Below are positions 27,769 to 35,235 of a stretch of 64,000 nucleotides of DNA, piece after piece. The stretch comes from Escherichia phage AV108. Under the pieces are notes generated by a model, which ran no database searches, was not told where the DNA came from, and saw nothing but the letters and a program-made list of their open reading frames with translations. The stretch lies in sequence record OR352938.1. One strand, given 5' to 3'. Both the position numbers and the translations under genes were made by a program. The first letter of the stretch is position 1. Each line of letters begins with the position of its first letter.

Positions 27769-28545
27769 TTACACGCGAGCACCGTAGATCGTGCCTACTT
27801 TATCCCAGCGAGGGGCATTGCCAGTAACAGCCTTACCAGCCGCTCCGCCATTATACTCTGTACCGTTCCCCTGAGTATTACATCTTCCTCCAGCAGCACC
27901 AACGTTACCGCCCGCACCGCCTGTATATGCACTAAGAGACCCCGAACCAACAGATCCTTTACCCGGAGCGGAAATGGAGCCAGCGGTTGCACCAGAACCC
28001 ATATTAGAGGAAGACCCGGCAGCACCGAATGGGCGACCACCGCCACCACCAAATACTAGTCGACCCCTGTTACCTCCACCGCCGCCACCGCCGCCACCAG
28101 CGATAGCACCGTTATTTGTAATTCGTAGACGTGTACCGATAGCGTTATTGATTGCGTTTCCACCAGCAGCGCCAGCAGCGTTACTACCACCATTACCCCC
28201 ACGTCCGTAGACAGTCACACCGGAGTTAATGATCAATGTTACATATTCGTTTGTTAACGAGCTAGGGAAGTCAAGACAAGGAACGCCAGTAGATTGGGAA
28301 ACAATATCACCCGTGATAGTAATTACTACAGGAGTAGATCCTTGTGCTTTCATCCAGTTAATAAGAGTGTCTTTATTGTAAGAGTTACTAGCACCAATGC
28401 TATAATGAATCTCTTTAGAGCGTCCGACCATTGCCGACATATACGCCGGACGACCTAAGCGTACAGCTTGCATTGCGGCGCTCATCCACCGTTGACCAGT
28501 CTCGGACACAGCAGATGATCCTACCCATCCAGAAGATATTGCCAT
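27769..28545 (-). CDS. Glycine-rich gp38-like tail-fiber adhesin candidate (258 aa)
   Basis: N-terminal ~110 aa MAISSGWVGSSAVSETGQRWMS... followed by glycine-rich motifs (GGNGG, nine consecutive G, GGGGGRPFGAAG, GGAGGNVGAAGG) alternating with short variable segments, the architecture of T2-type gp38 adhesins; assignment from remembered similarity. Confidence 0.5.
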   Translation of the reverse strand: MAISSGWVGSSAVSETGQRWMSAAMQAVRLGRPAYMSAMVGRSKEIHYSIGASNSYNKDTLINWMKAQGSTPVVITITGDIVSQSTGVPCLDFPSSLTNEYVTLIINSGVTVYGRGGNGGSNAAGAAGGNAINNAIGTRLRITNNGAIAGGGGGGGGGNRGRLVFGGGGGRPFGAAGSSSNMGSGATAGSISAPGKGSVGSGSLSAYTGGAGGNVGAAGGRCNTQGNGTEYNGGAAGKAVTGNAPRWDKVGTIYGARV

Positions 28546-28599
28546 AAAATTTCCTCACAAGAAAAGCCCCATTTAAGGTGCATTGATTGATAATATTAC

Positions 28600-28821
28600 T
28601 TAGATGATCTCTGCTTCACCATTCAGGAAGAAAGACCATGTTTTGTTAGGATAGCGAAGCGCCCATGATTCAGCAGTTTTAACACCCGCTTCGAACAATT
28701 GACGGCTGGTTACTTTAGCCATACCATCGAAGATGGCAACGTTTTCAATAATCATCGGGTACTTAGCGCCACGCATGAAACCGAAACCAGCGGAAGATTT
28801 GATAATTTTAACAGTTGCCAT
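28600..28821 (-). CDS. Hypothetical protein (~73 aa)
   Basis: Start MATVKIIK after GGAGAATCAAA RBS. Confidence 0.5.
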   Translation of the reverse strand: MATVKIIKSSAGFGFMRGAKYPMIIENVAIFDGMAKVTSRQLFEAGVKTAESWALRYPNKTWSFFLNGEAEII

Positions 28822-28860
28822 TTTGATTCTCCTAGAAAGTGTATCTCGTTTCGATGGGTG

Positions 28861-28890
28861 TATTATGCAATAACACCGGATCGCTGTCAA
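28861..28890 (-). promoter_or_regulatory. sigma70-type early promoter
   Basis: TTGACA-N18-ATAATA; conserved CATCGAAACGAGATAC leader. Confidence 0.45.
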
Positions 28891-28907
28891 CACTTTCTAA
28901 GAAATTT

Positions 28908-29192
28908 TTAAACTAATCGAATATAACCCAGAATTTCAGCACTTTTAGCCAGATCTAAAACTTCCCATTCAAGGTCTCCATAGTCATAATTTGCAACCAT
29001 CAACTGACCATTTTTCATGCAGCAATCATGAGAGAAAATTTGCCCCGCATAAACTACGATAGTGATAAACTTTCCTGATTCTGGCGGTGTGGAAGACAAA
29101 GCGGCCATATGACCATTCAGCTTAGTCACCAGTGATGGAACAATAAAATTCGGGCTTACCTTAATACCGTTAAATTCGTTTGTGTCTTTCAT
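28908..29192 (-). CDS. Hypothetical protein (94 aa)
   Basis: Track ORF. Confidence 0.4.
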   Translation of the reverse strand: MKDTNEFNGIKVSPNFIVPSLVTKLNGHMAALSSTPPESGKFITIVVYAGQIFSHDCCMKNGQLMVANYDYGDLEWEVLDLAKSAEILGYIRLV

Positions 29193-29539
29193 GCCAGACC
29201 TCGCAAAACACTAATAGCATAATCATGCTGGTTATTCATAATATCAATTGCATTGTGATAACGAGCTAAACCATCAAGGATAAATTCTTGTTTATCTTGT
29301 TTCAGTTTGGTATCACGCGCAGCCATAAGAGCATCAAGAACAGGTCCAAAGTGATTATCTAATTCATCTTCGGTTGCAATGTTTCCTATTGCCTCGTCGA
29401 TCCGTGATTCTAATGCTTGCTTTTCGTTGATCACTTGCTGGGTATATTCCAACACATCAAGAATATCGCGGGTAACATCGCCATGATAAGGTATTCCCGC
29501 ATGAAGATGATCAATTAGTCGTTGAATGTCAATGTTCAT
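29189..29539 (-). CDS. Hypothetical protein (116 aa)
   Basis: Track ORF, ATGA coupling. Confidence 0.4.
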   Translation of the reverse strand: MNIDIQRLIDHLHAGIPYHGDVTRDILDVLEYTQQVINEKQALESRIDEAIGNIATEDELDNHFGPVLDALMAARDTKLKQDKQEFILDGLARYHNAIDIMNNQHDYAISVLRGLA

Positions 29540-29874
29540 TTGTAACCCTCCTCTGAAAGCACATCCCAGATCGTTGAGTCAAGGTGCATTAAATTCCACA
29601 TAATAGAGTCATAACTACCGAAGCCAGAAGTAAAAATTACATCACACTGGCGATAGGTCTTATGAAAATCGGTGGCTGTCTCTGCATCAATAGGCATATC
29701 GTCACCGGAAAGCACCAGACATTTAAGAATCATAACTCTGTTAGCCGTTGGCGCTTGCTTAGTCTTTTCAGCATATTTTTCGATGATCCGTTTTGCCTTT
29801 TCTTCTTTGATACGTCCAGACCAAATCCGGTTTCGGTATTGATTCATAATAATTTCAATCACATCATTTTGCAT
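29536..29874 (-). CDS. Hypothetical protein (112 aa)
   Basis: Track ORF. Confidence 0.4.
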   Translation of the reverse strand: MQNDVIEIIMNQYRNRIWSGRIKEEKAKRIIEKYAEKTKQAPTANRVMILKCLVLSGDDMPIDAETATDFHKTYRQCDVIFTSGFGSYDSIMWNLMHLDSTIWDVLSEEGYK

Positions 29875-30073
29875 TCTTCACGGTCTCCATAATTGTTTTG
29901 TAAGCCAGTTTAAGATGATCACCGAAAAACTTTGCGGTGTTACCCTTCGGATCGCGGAGCATGGTTTCTACGATCTCATCGGCAGTAACAATTTCTCCTT
30001 TCTTTGCTGCATGTTCTACCATATACTTCAAAGTTTCTTCGGAAGCAAGTGCTGCCGCTACTGGATTAATCAT
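29864..30073 (-). CDS. Hypothetical protein (69 aa)
   Basis: Directly after promoter cassette and GGAGAATCAAAA RBS. Confidence 0.5.
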   Translation of the reverse strand: MINPVAAALASEETLKYMVEHAAKKGEIVTADEIVETMLRDPKGNTAKFFGDHLKLAYKTIMETVKNAK

Positions 30074-30103
30074 TTTTGATTCTCCTTTGTTGTCGATATG
30101 TGC

Positions 30104-30132
30104 ATTATGCTATACCCTATTCCGGTTGTCAA
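30104..30132 (-). promoter_or_regulatory. sigma70-type early promoter (TTGACA-N17-CATAAT)
   Basis: TTGACA aaccggaatagggtatag CATAAT. Confidence 0.5.
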
Positions 30133-30142
30133 CACCTAAAAA

Positions 30143-30173
30143 CGAAAAAGCCACCCTTTCGGATGGCTTTTTG
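30143..30173. terminator. Rho-independent terminator (stem with GAAA tetraloop), palindromic/bidirectional
   Basis: AGCCATCC-GAAA-GGGTGGCT flanked by A-run and T-run. Confidence 0.6.
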
Positions 30174-30402
30174 ATTATATTTTATTCACGTCCATTTGTA
30201 TAGTAGTGTTTGAATCGACCTTTGCTAAACTAGTTAAACATAGTAACCAATTCACCATCCCTTTCCAATGATAACCCTTCCTCATCTTAGACGGGTCTTC
30301 CGATTCGGTAGTAATTGAACACGCGAAAGTATGAGGAAGCCAAATAGTTGTGTTAATGCTAGTATTCTTTTACTTCTGGTATGCATCCCACAGTGACTAA
30401 CA

Positions 30403-30801
30403 TTAATCCAGTCGAGTGAGTTTATAAATTGTTTTAAAGCATAGAGCTTTGATATCGTCTAAAACGCTCTGTAACGAGCTATCAACATCATTATAAATCT
30501 CACTAGCCATTTGCGTTAACTCTTGCAAATAGGCAATTTCGCTAATCTCCTTGCGGACGACCAACTTTGGCTGATAACGACCAGTGATCCCAATATTGGT
30601 TTCAGTGAAATTATCAACCAATTCTTGCATTTCAAGATAGAACTCTTCTAGAGCCTTATGTTTTGCATAAGATCCAGGACCAGTTACCCCAAAATGCGCA
30701 GAATGCATATAAGTAACACTCATCAGACATTCACCGATAAAGCGGTCAACTTTATTAGCCTTTCCCTCTTCGGACGTCTTTAGAAAATCACTGAATTTCA
30801 T
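30403..30801 (-). CDS. Hypothetical protein (~133 aa)
   Basis: Start MKFSDFLK; followed by a 220-nt untranslated tail. Confidence 0.45.
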   Translation of the reverse strand: MKFSDFLKTSEEGKANKVDRFIGECLMSVTYMHSAHFGVTGPGSYAKHKALEEFYLEMQELVDNFTETNIGITGRYQPKLVVRKEISEIAYLQELTQMASEIYNDVDSSLQSVLDDIKALCFKTIYKLTRLD

Positions 30802-31090
30802 GTTCTCGATTCTCCATATTATGCAACAGAACAAATTGTTGTGCGGCATATCCCCCCATAATAAAACACTGCCTAGAATCCATACATTTACTACGAGCAT
30901 ACATCTTCATAATATGGGCATGAAATTTCTGGCTGGTTTCAATGGAAGGAGATATTTTGTTTACATATACTATCATTGCGCCGTCGAAATAATCAGTAAA
31001 GTCACCAGTTGGATCATATTGATCAGCACTGACACTTCCGACCGCAGTCAAGCATATTGCCGCTGTTAGAGTTTTACGAATAAATGACAT
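30788..31090 (-). CDS. RI-like antiholin candidate (secreted/periplasmic, 100 aa)
   Basis: N-terminal signal sequence MSFIRKTLTAAICLTAVGSVSA, Cys pair in periplasmic domain, adjacent to tk as rI is in T4; similar size to T4 RI (97 aa). Confidence 0.4.
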   Translation of the reverse strand: MSFIRKTLTAAICLTAVGSVSADQYDPTGDFTDYFDGAMIVYVNKISPSIETSQKFHAHIMKMYARSKCMDSRQCFIMGGYAAQQFVLLHNMENREHEIQ

Positions 31091-31158
31091 AAGTCATTCC
31101 CCCAGATTGAAAATATTCAGTTATATTTATAATCCGGGGCTTTATTTATGATTAACTC

Positions 31159-31755
31159 TTATTTGGTAGTACCATCAATAAAATGTTTACGACACACAGA
31201 AACATATTTATCCTCTGCACCAACTTCTATTTGAGCACCATCGCGAATAACATTACCATCTTTATCTACGCGAAGGACCATAGTCGCTTTCTTGCCACAA
31301 TGACAAATACCCTTCATTTCGACCAGTTTATCAGCAAATGCCATTAATGCCGCAGATCCTTCAAATAGATTGCCCTGAAAGTCAGTGCGAAGGCCATAGC
31401 ACAGTACAGGGATATTAGCATCATCAACAAGCGCACACAAGCCTAAAACATGCTCTTTAGTCATAAATTGGGCTTCATCTACAAATACAGCATCAGGACG
31501 CCAGCGATCCGTTCTACGCTTACCTAGTGATTCACGATAAACCAAGTCGAAAAGATCATCCGATTTAGTGAAGGTGATCGCTGGAGCACTTAGACCAATT
31601 CGGGAAACGACTTCACTTTCTGAATCTCGATTATCAATCGCTGGTTTAAGAATTAATACTCGCATATCACGTTCGGTATAGTTATAAGCACTTTGTAACA
31701 GAGAAGTTGATTTGCCAGCGTTCATAGATGCATAGTAGAAATATAATTGCGCCAT
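31159..31755 (-). CDS. tk: Thymidine kinase
   Basis: P-loop MNAGKST, Walker B FVDEAQF, C-terminal zinc motif CHCG...C..H; length ~T4 Tk. Confidence 0.9.
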   Translation of the reverse strand: MAQLYFYYASMNAGKSTSLLQSAYNYTERDMRVLILKPAIDNRDSESEVVSRIGLSAPAITFTKSDDLFDLVYRESLGKRRTDRWRPDAVFVDEAQFMTKEHVLGLCALVDDANIPVLCYGLRTDFQGNLFEGSAALMAFADKLVEMKGICHCGKKATMVLRVDKDGNVIRDGAQIEVGAEDKYVSVCRKHFIDGTTK

Positions 31756-32048
31756 TAATTAATCTCCAAAAATCCAACAAGACCTAAACCGATATAAGTC
31801 CAGATACAAAGGAAAAAGAAGCAAACACCCATAGCAAAGATAAATCCGCGTAGTGTCTTTGGATAACCTACCCAATATTCCCGACCATCTTCTAACCGGA
31901 TCAACTTATTGCCTTGCGAGTCCATATCAACTACAACATGTTTATTTCGAGATTGCAATAGATATTGTTTTACAATCTCTACACCCGCCATAATAACAAT
32001 AACGAAAATAAAAGTCCACACAACAAGATTAATGATAGTCTCAAGCAT
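31755..32048 (-). CDS. Small membrane protein (97 aa)
   Basis: Two predicted TM helices (N- and C-terminal). Confidence 0.45.
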   Translation of the reverse strand: MLETIINLVVWTFIFVIVIMAGVEIVKQYLLQSRNKHVVVDMDSQGNKLIRLEDGREYWVGYPKTLRGFIFAMGVCFFFLCIWTYIGLGLVGFLEIN

Positions 32049-32283
32049 TTTCTATCACCTCCACCCAATCAGGTGTTTCCTGAAAGACTCCTTCACCTTC
32101 ATGATGGTCGCAACCTTTATTGCTGCAATACATCCACCAATCCCACATTCCCCACGGTAAACGCTGCATATCGTCGTTACAGCAAGTGAAGATAATAGGC
32201 CAACCACATCTAACACATCGGCAGTTTTCCTTCATGTGTGCGGTATTAGGCTTCTTCATAGATGACTCCAATATAATCGACAT
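32041..32283 (-). CDS. Cys-rich small protein (80 aa)
   Basis: CRCVRCGW...CCNDD...CSNKGCDHH metal-binding-like pattern. Confidence 0.45.
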   Translation of the reverse strand: MSIILESSMKKPNTAHMKENCRCVRCGWPIIFTCCNDDMQRLPWGMWDWWMYCSNKGCDHHEGEGVFQETPDWVEVIENA

Positions 32284-32486
32284 TTACATTTAGGGCAATG
32301 CGGTTCTTTAATATAATACCCGTCTGTCTTTGGAACACTAACAGGAGCGGTTTTTATATTGTATTCAGTGAAACAACGAAAACAAGTTACGTTTTCTACA
32401 GACTGACGTTTCACCCAATCACCGGAATATAGATCATTTTTATTTGTCATATTCAACCACCACAATGTTAATGTCTGGAGTAGCAA
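32256..32486 (-). CDS. Zinc-ribbon small protein (76 aa)
   Basis: CFRCF...CPKCKC pattern. Confidence 0.45.
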   Translation of the reverse strand: MLLQTLTLWWLNMTNKNDLYSGDWVKRQSVENVTCFRCFTEYNIKTAPVSVPKTDGYYIKEPHCPKCKCRLYWSHL

Positions 32487-32895
32487 TATTAATAATCTCT
32501 TCTACACACTCCCACTCAAGGCCACCGATACCGCAACCGATTTTAGGAATATAGAAAGGCTGTATAGCACCCTCAAAAACATCATTGAGAGACTCAAATC
32601 CTTTCAGGATAGCACCATATTCAGCATTTGGACCCGGTCGGAATTGGGTATAGAGATTCACCCCGCACCAGTTATAACCATTAACTTGATGCGTCCAGAT
32701 ACTAAACCCACCCAGCTTTTCTACCTTACCGCGAGAAGTTTGCTTGTCAATCTCTAACGCTTGCGGGAACTCTTTCGCGATCTTTGCAGCAATACCAGCA
32801 CCCATAGTATGAAAACAATTACAACCATGAATTAAATGACCGTTTCCTTGTTTAAACAGGGCGATGAGATCGCCCTTTACAGTATCAATAATCAT
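32440..32895 (-). CDS. Macrodomain protein, TARG1/OARD1/DarG-like
   Basis: 151 aa; VKGDLIALF, HGCNCFHTMGAGIAAKIAKEFP and IPKIGCGIGGLEWECVEEII motifs align with TARG1-type macrodomains as remembered. Confidence 0.65.
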   Translation of the reverse strand: MIIDTVKGDLIALFKQGNGHLIHGCNCFHTMGAGIAAKIAKEFPQALEIDKQTSRGKVEKLGGFSIWTHQVNGYNWCGVNLYTQFRPGPNAEYGAILKGFESLNDVFEGAIQPFYIPKIGCGIGGLEWECVEEIINIATPDINIVVVEYDK

Positions 32896-32910
32896 AATAT
32901 AAACCTCTCA

Positions 32911-33270
32911 TTAGTCACGGGAAGACAACCCAGCCATAAAACGGCTTAACAGTGTGTCGCGATAAGCAAAGCATAATTGCTTATCAGGGGCAGTATCACA
33001 AAGGTTGCGTTTTGTTTTAGCAAAGCTGGCAATACTCAGATCCCACGCTCGATTTTTTCGTTTTTCGTCTCGACCTTGTTTGTATGCTTCGTCGAGTTCA
33101 AGTGCGATAAAATCACTACACATGTTATCATCATCACAGAAAGTTTTAATGATCTTTTTGTTGATCTCAAATCCTTTGTATTCGAACTTTGGATAAGGGC
33201 GCTCATTACTAGCAAGCGCACCAGCCGAGAACATCATAGCAATCATAGCAATTATTGTCAACTTTTTCAT
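32911..33270 (-). CDS. Secreted protein (signal peptide, 119 aa)
   Basis: MKKLTIIAMIAMMFSAGALASN signal peptide; Cys-containing mature domain. Confidence 0.45.
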   Translation of the reverse strand: MKKLTIIAMIAMMFSAGALASNERPYPKFEYKGFEINKKIIKTFCDDDNMCSDFIALELDEAYKQGRDEKRKNRAWDLSIASFAKTKRNLCDTAPDKQLCFAYRDTLLSRFMAGLSSRD

Positions 33271-33277
33271 ATATTCC

Positions 33278-33868
33278 TCAATAGCGTTTAGTCTTAAGAA
33301 TGCCTTTACTCTTTAGATGGTTAGCCTTTTTTAGTACGTCATCAGCATAACCTAATCCGGCTTTATAGTTCCATCCAGCATTGTAAGAAGCTAGCGCGAG
33401 TCGGATATTACCGTTTCGAACATCCAGCCAGTATGCTAACTCATCCATCGCGTAGAATGCAGAAACCTCGCGATTCATGATAAAGTTGATAGTCTGGCGA
33501 TCACTCATTTTAACACCGCGCTTTGCATTTTTCGCTTTCACCGTTTTAAGGTAATTTTGAAATAATCCATAAGCATGATGATTTTTCTTTGGTGCTAAGT
33601 TTGCACCCGCGCTTGATTCTTGCCATGCGATACCCGCCAGGATGTGACCTAAACCCTTTCCGTTATAGCGAATATTCGGATGGTACTTTTTCAACTTACC
33701 GCTTTTCTCGAATTGCTCGCCGTATTGATAGGCGAAATGTAAATTATCTAGTTGGTGTGCTGTAAAGTTGTCTATCGGCGCTTTTTTGATCGGTGCGCTA
33801 GTCGATGCGTGTGTAGCACCAACGGCTAGTGACAGACTCAATACTATCGCTTTTAGAACTTTTAACAT
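33278..33868 (-). CDS. Secreted lytic transglycosylase (SLT domain)
   Basis: Signal peptide MLKVLKAIVLSLSLAVGATHAS; catalytic motifs AWQESSAG...AYGLFQ and ASYNAGWN (ES...GLMQ...AYNxG pattern). Confidence 0.6.
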   Translation of the reverse strand: MLKVLKAIVLSLSLAVGATHASTSAPIKKAPIDNFTAHQLDNLHFAYQYGEQFEKSGKLKKYHPNIRYNGKGLGHILAGIAWQESSAGANLAPKKNHHAYGLFQNYLKTVKAKNAKRGVKMSDRQTINFIMNREVSAFYAMDELAYWLDVRNGNIRLALASYNAGWNYKAGLGYADDVLKKANHLKSKGILKTKRY

Positions 33869-33953
33869 TAATTTCTCCTGTTTGGCTTAACTTTCTGATT
33901 CCATAATATAGCCCTATCACCAGAAAGTCAAGCATTATTTTAACCAATTTCCA

Positions 33954-34376
33954 TTATTGGTCTACCTTCAAAACAACCGCCGACATTTTACCCGCCAGTC
34001 GTTTTGGATTCTCTATAATCATTCGGCAGCATAGACCGTGATACGGCTTACCATCTTCGATTAGATCTACTGTCATCCCGATCCACATGTTACCGTCAGT
34101 AATTTCTAATCGATTCGGTCGGTCTTCCATTTTCAGGAAGTCGAAGATCTCCGGCAAACGAGTTTCTATCTTATTGAATAGTTCCATTGTCTTATGTTCA
34201 TCGATATGACGATCGGTTAGACGGTCGATCATATGCGGACTAAATCGAATGAAAATATACTCACCGTAACCATCATTCAAGCACTTTTCTTTGATCTGCG
34301 CATTGGTTTTGCGCATTTCGGTTTCGAAGAATCTACGCAGCTTACTACGGCGAACATGTACGTTAATTGTTTCCAT
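33954..34376 (-). CDS. Hypothetical protein (~140 aa)
   Basis: Start METINVHV (internal ATG); track start overlaps upstream ORF. Confidence 0.4.
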   Translation of the reverse strand: METINVHVRRSKLRRFFETEMRKTNAQIKEKCLNDGYGEYIFIRFSPHMIDRLTDRHIDEHKTMELFNKIETRLPEIFDFLKMEDRPNRLEITDGNMWIGMTVDLIEDGKPYHGLCCRMIIENPKRLAGKMSAVVLKVDQ

Positions 34377-34380
34377 TTTA

Positions 34381-34716
34381 TTATCCTTTCTTAAACAAAT
34401 TGCGAAGCCAGTATACAAACGGGATTTCTTTAAACTTGAATTTCTCAATAGTTAATTCTTTAGTAGCAAGATGAATACCATAAGCATCATGTGTAACTAT
34501 ATGCCATTTTCTATAGTCCAAATGTGAACAACCGTCTGGATCTAGGTTAATAAGAGTTTCTCGCTCACTAGGATTATTTTTCCACAATTTTGTAATAGGA
34601 TCGCACATAATTCGACCTAGCGTACCATGAATAATCTCACAACGGTAAAGTTTTCCAGCAGTGAGATAGGCGCACCCGTCATAGTCGGTATAAACAAACA
34701 CTTCTTTAACACTCAT
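34381..34716 (-). CDS. CSHL-motif small protein (paralog 1 of 3)
   Basis: DPDGCSHLDYRKWHIV motif shared with two downstream ORFs; after promoter cassette. Confidence 0.5.
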   Translation of the reverse strand: MSVKEVFVYTDYDGCAYLTAGKLYRCEIIHGTLGRIMCDPITKLWKNNPSERETLINLDPDGCSHLDYRKWHIVTHDAYGIHLATKELTIEKFKFKEIPFVYWLRNLFKKG

Positions 34717-34745
34717 TTTAATACTCCTTTGTTGTTTCGATGGGG

Positions 34746-34775
34746 GTATATTACTACCCCCCGATCATGTGTGTC
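34746..34775 (-). promoter_or_regulatory. sigma70-type early promoter
   Basis: TTGACA-N18-TAATAT embedded in GGGGGTAGTAATATACCCCC palindrome. Confidence 0.45.
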
Positions 34776-34777
34776 AA

Positions 34778-35038
34778 CTACTTTTTCAAGATTTTTTTGA
34801 TTGCATTCCAAAGACCTTTATTCCCAGGTTGTTTTGGTTCTTCGATCAGTGTCCATGTTCGACCGTCTAAGTGTGCACAATTTTTAAGACAAATAAAAAT
34901 CTGGTGTCCCTTATCATCACGGATATAACCACTATTCGCAAATCTTTCATGTGGTGTATATTCATACAGTGTATTTGGTGTAATATACTTGCGGTTACTA
35001 TAAGGTGTCATCACATACATCATGGTACTAACTCCCAA
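34778..35038 (-). CDS. CSHL-motif small protein (paralog 2)
   Basis: NCAHLDGRTWTLIEE motif. Confidence 0.45.
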   Translation of the reverse strand: MGVSTMMYVMTPYSNRKYITPNTLYEYTPHERFANSGYIRDDKGHQIFICLKNCAHLDGRTWTLIEEPKQPGNKGLWNAIKKILKK

Positions 35039-35214
35039 CGATCACCGCGAAGATGAGAACATCCACCATCAAGAAGTATCGTAATACGATAACCTATATC
35101 ATCTTTGATGTAACCGATTGTCGGTGGATTTTCGTCGTCTCGTGCCGGGGTAAAATCATACATCTTTCCAGGCGTAATATCTTGTCCTTTATTGCTATTG
35201 GTATAAACTTGCAT
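35020..35214 (-). CDS. CSHL-motif small protein (paralog 3)
   Basis: GGCSHLRGDRWELV motif. Confidence 0.45.
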   Translation of the reverse strand: MQVYTNSNKGQDITPGKMYDFTPARDDENPPTIGYIKDDIGYRITILLDGGCSHLRGDRWELVP

Positions 35215-35235
35215 TTTCTTAATCTCCTATATTAA

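Noticed and set aside
27974-28210. Proline-rich 78-aa plus-strand ORF (PPPPPNTSRPLLPPPPPPPPPA...)
   Set aside because: Antisense shadow of the glycine-rich gene: GGN glycine codons read as NCC proline on the opposite strand. No RBS or promoter.
30176-30402. tRNA gene in the ORF-free stretch (and likewise 41728-41874)
   Set aside because: The inverted repeat encloses only ~45 nt and no T-loop (GTTCGAATC-like) or D-loop consensus is present on either strand; no cloverleaf can be drawn. Kept only as a possible structured RNA.
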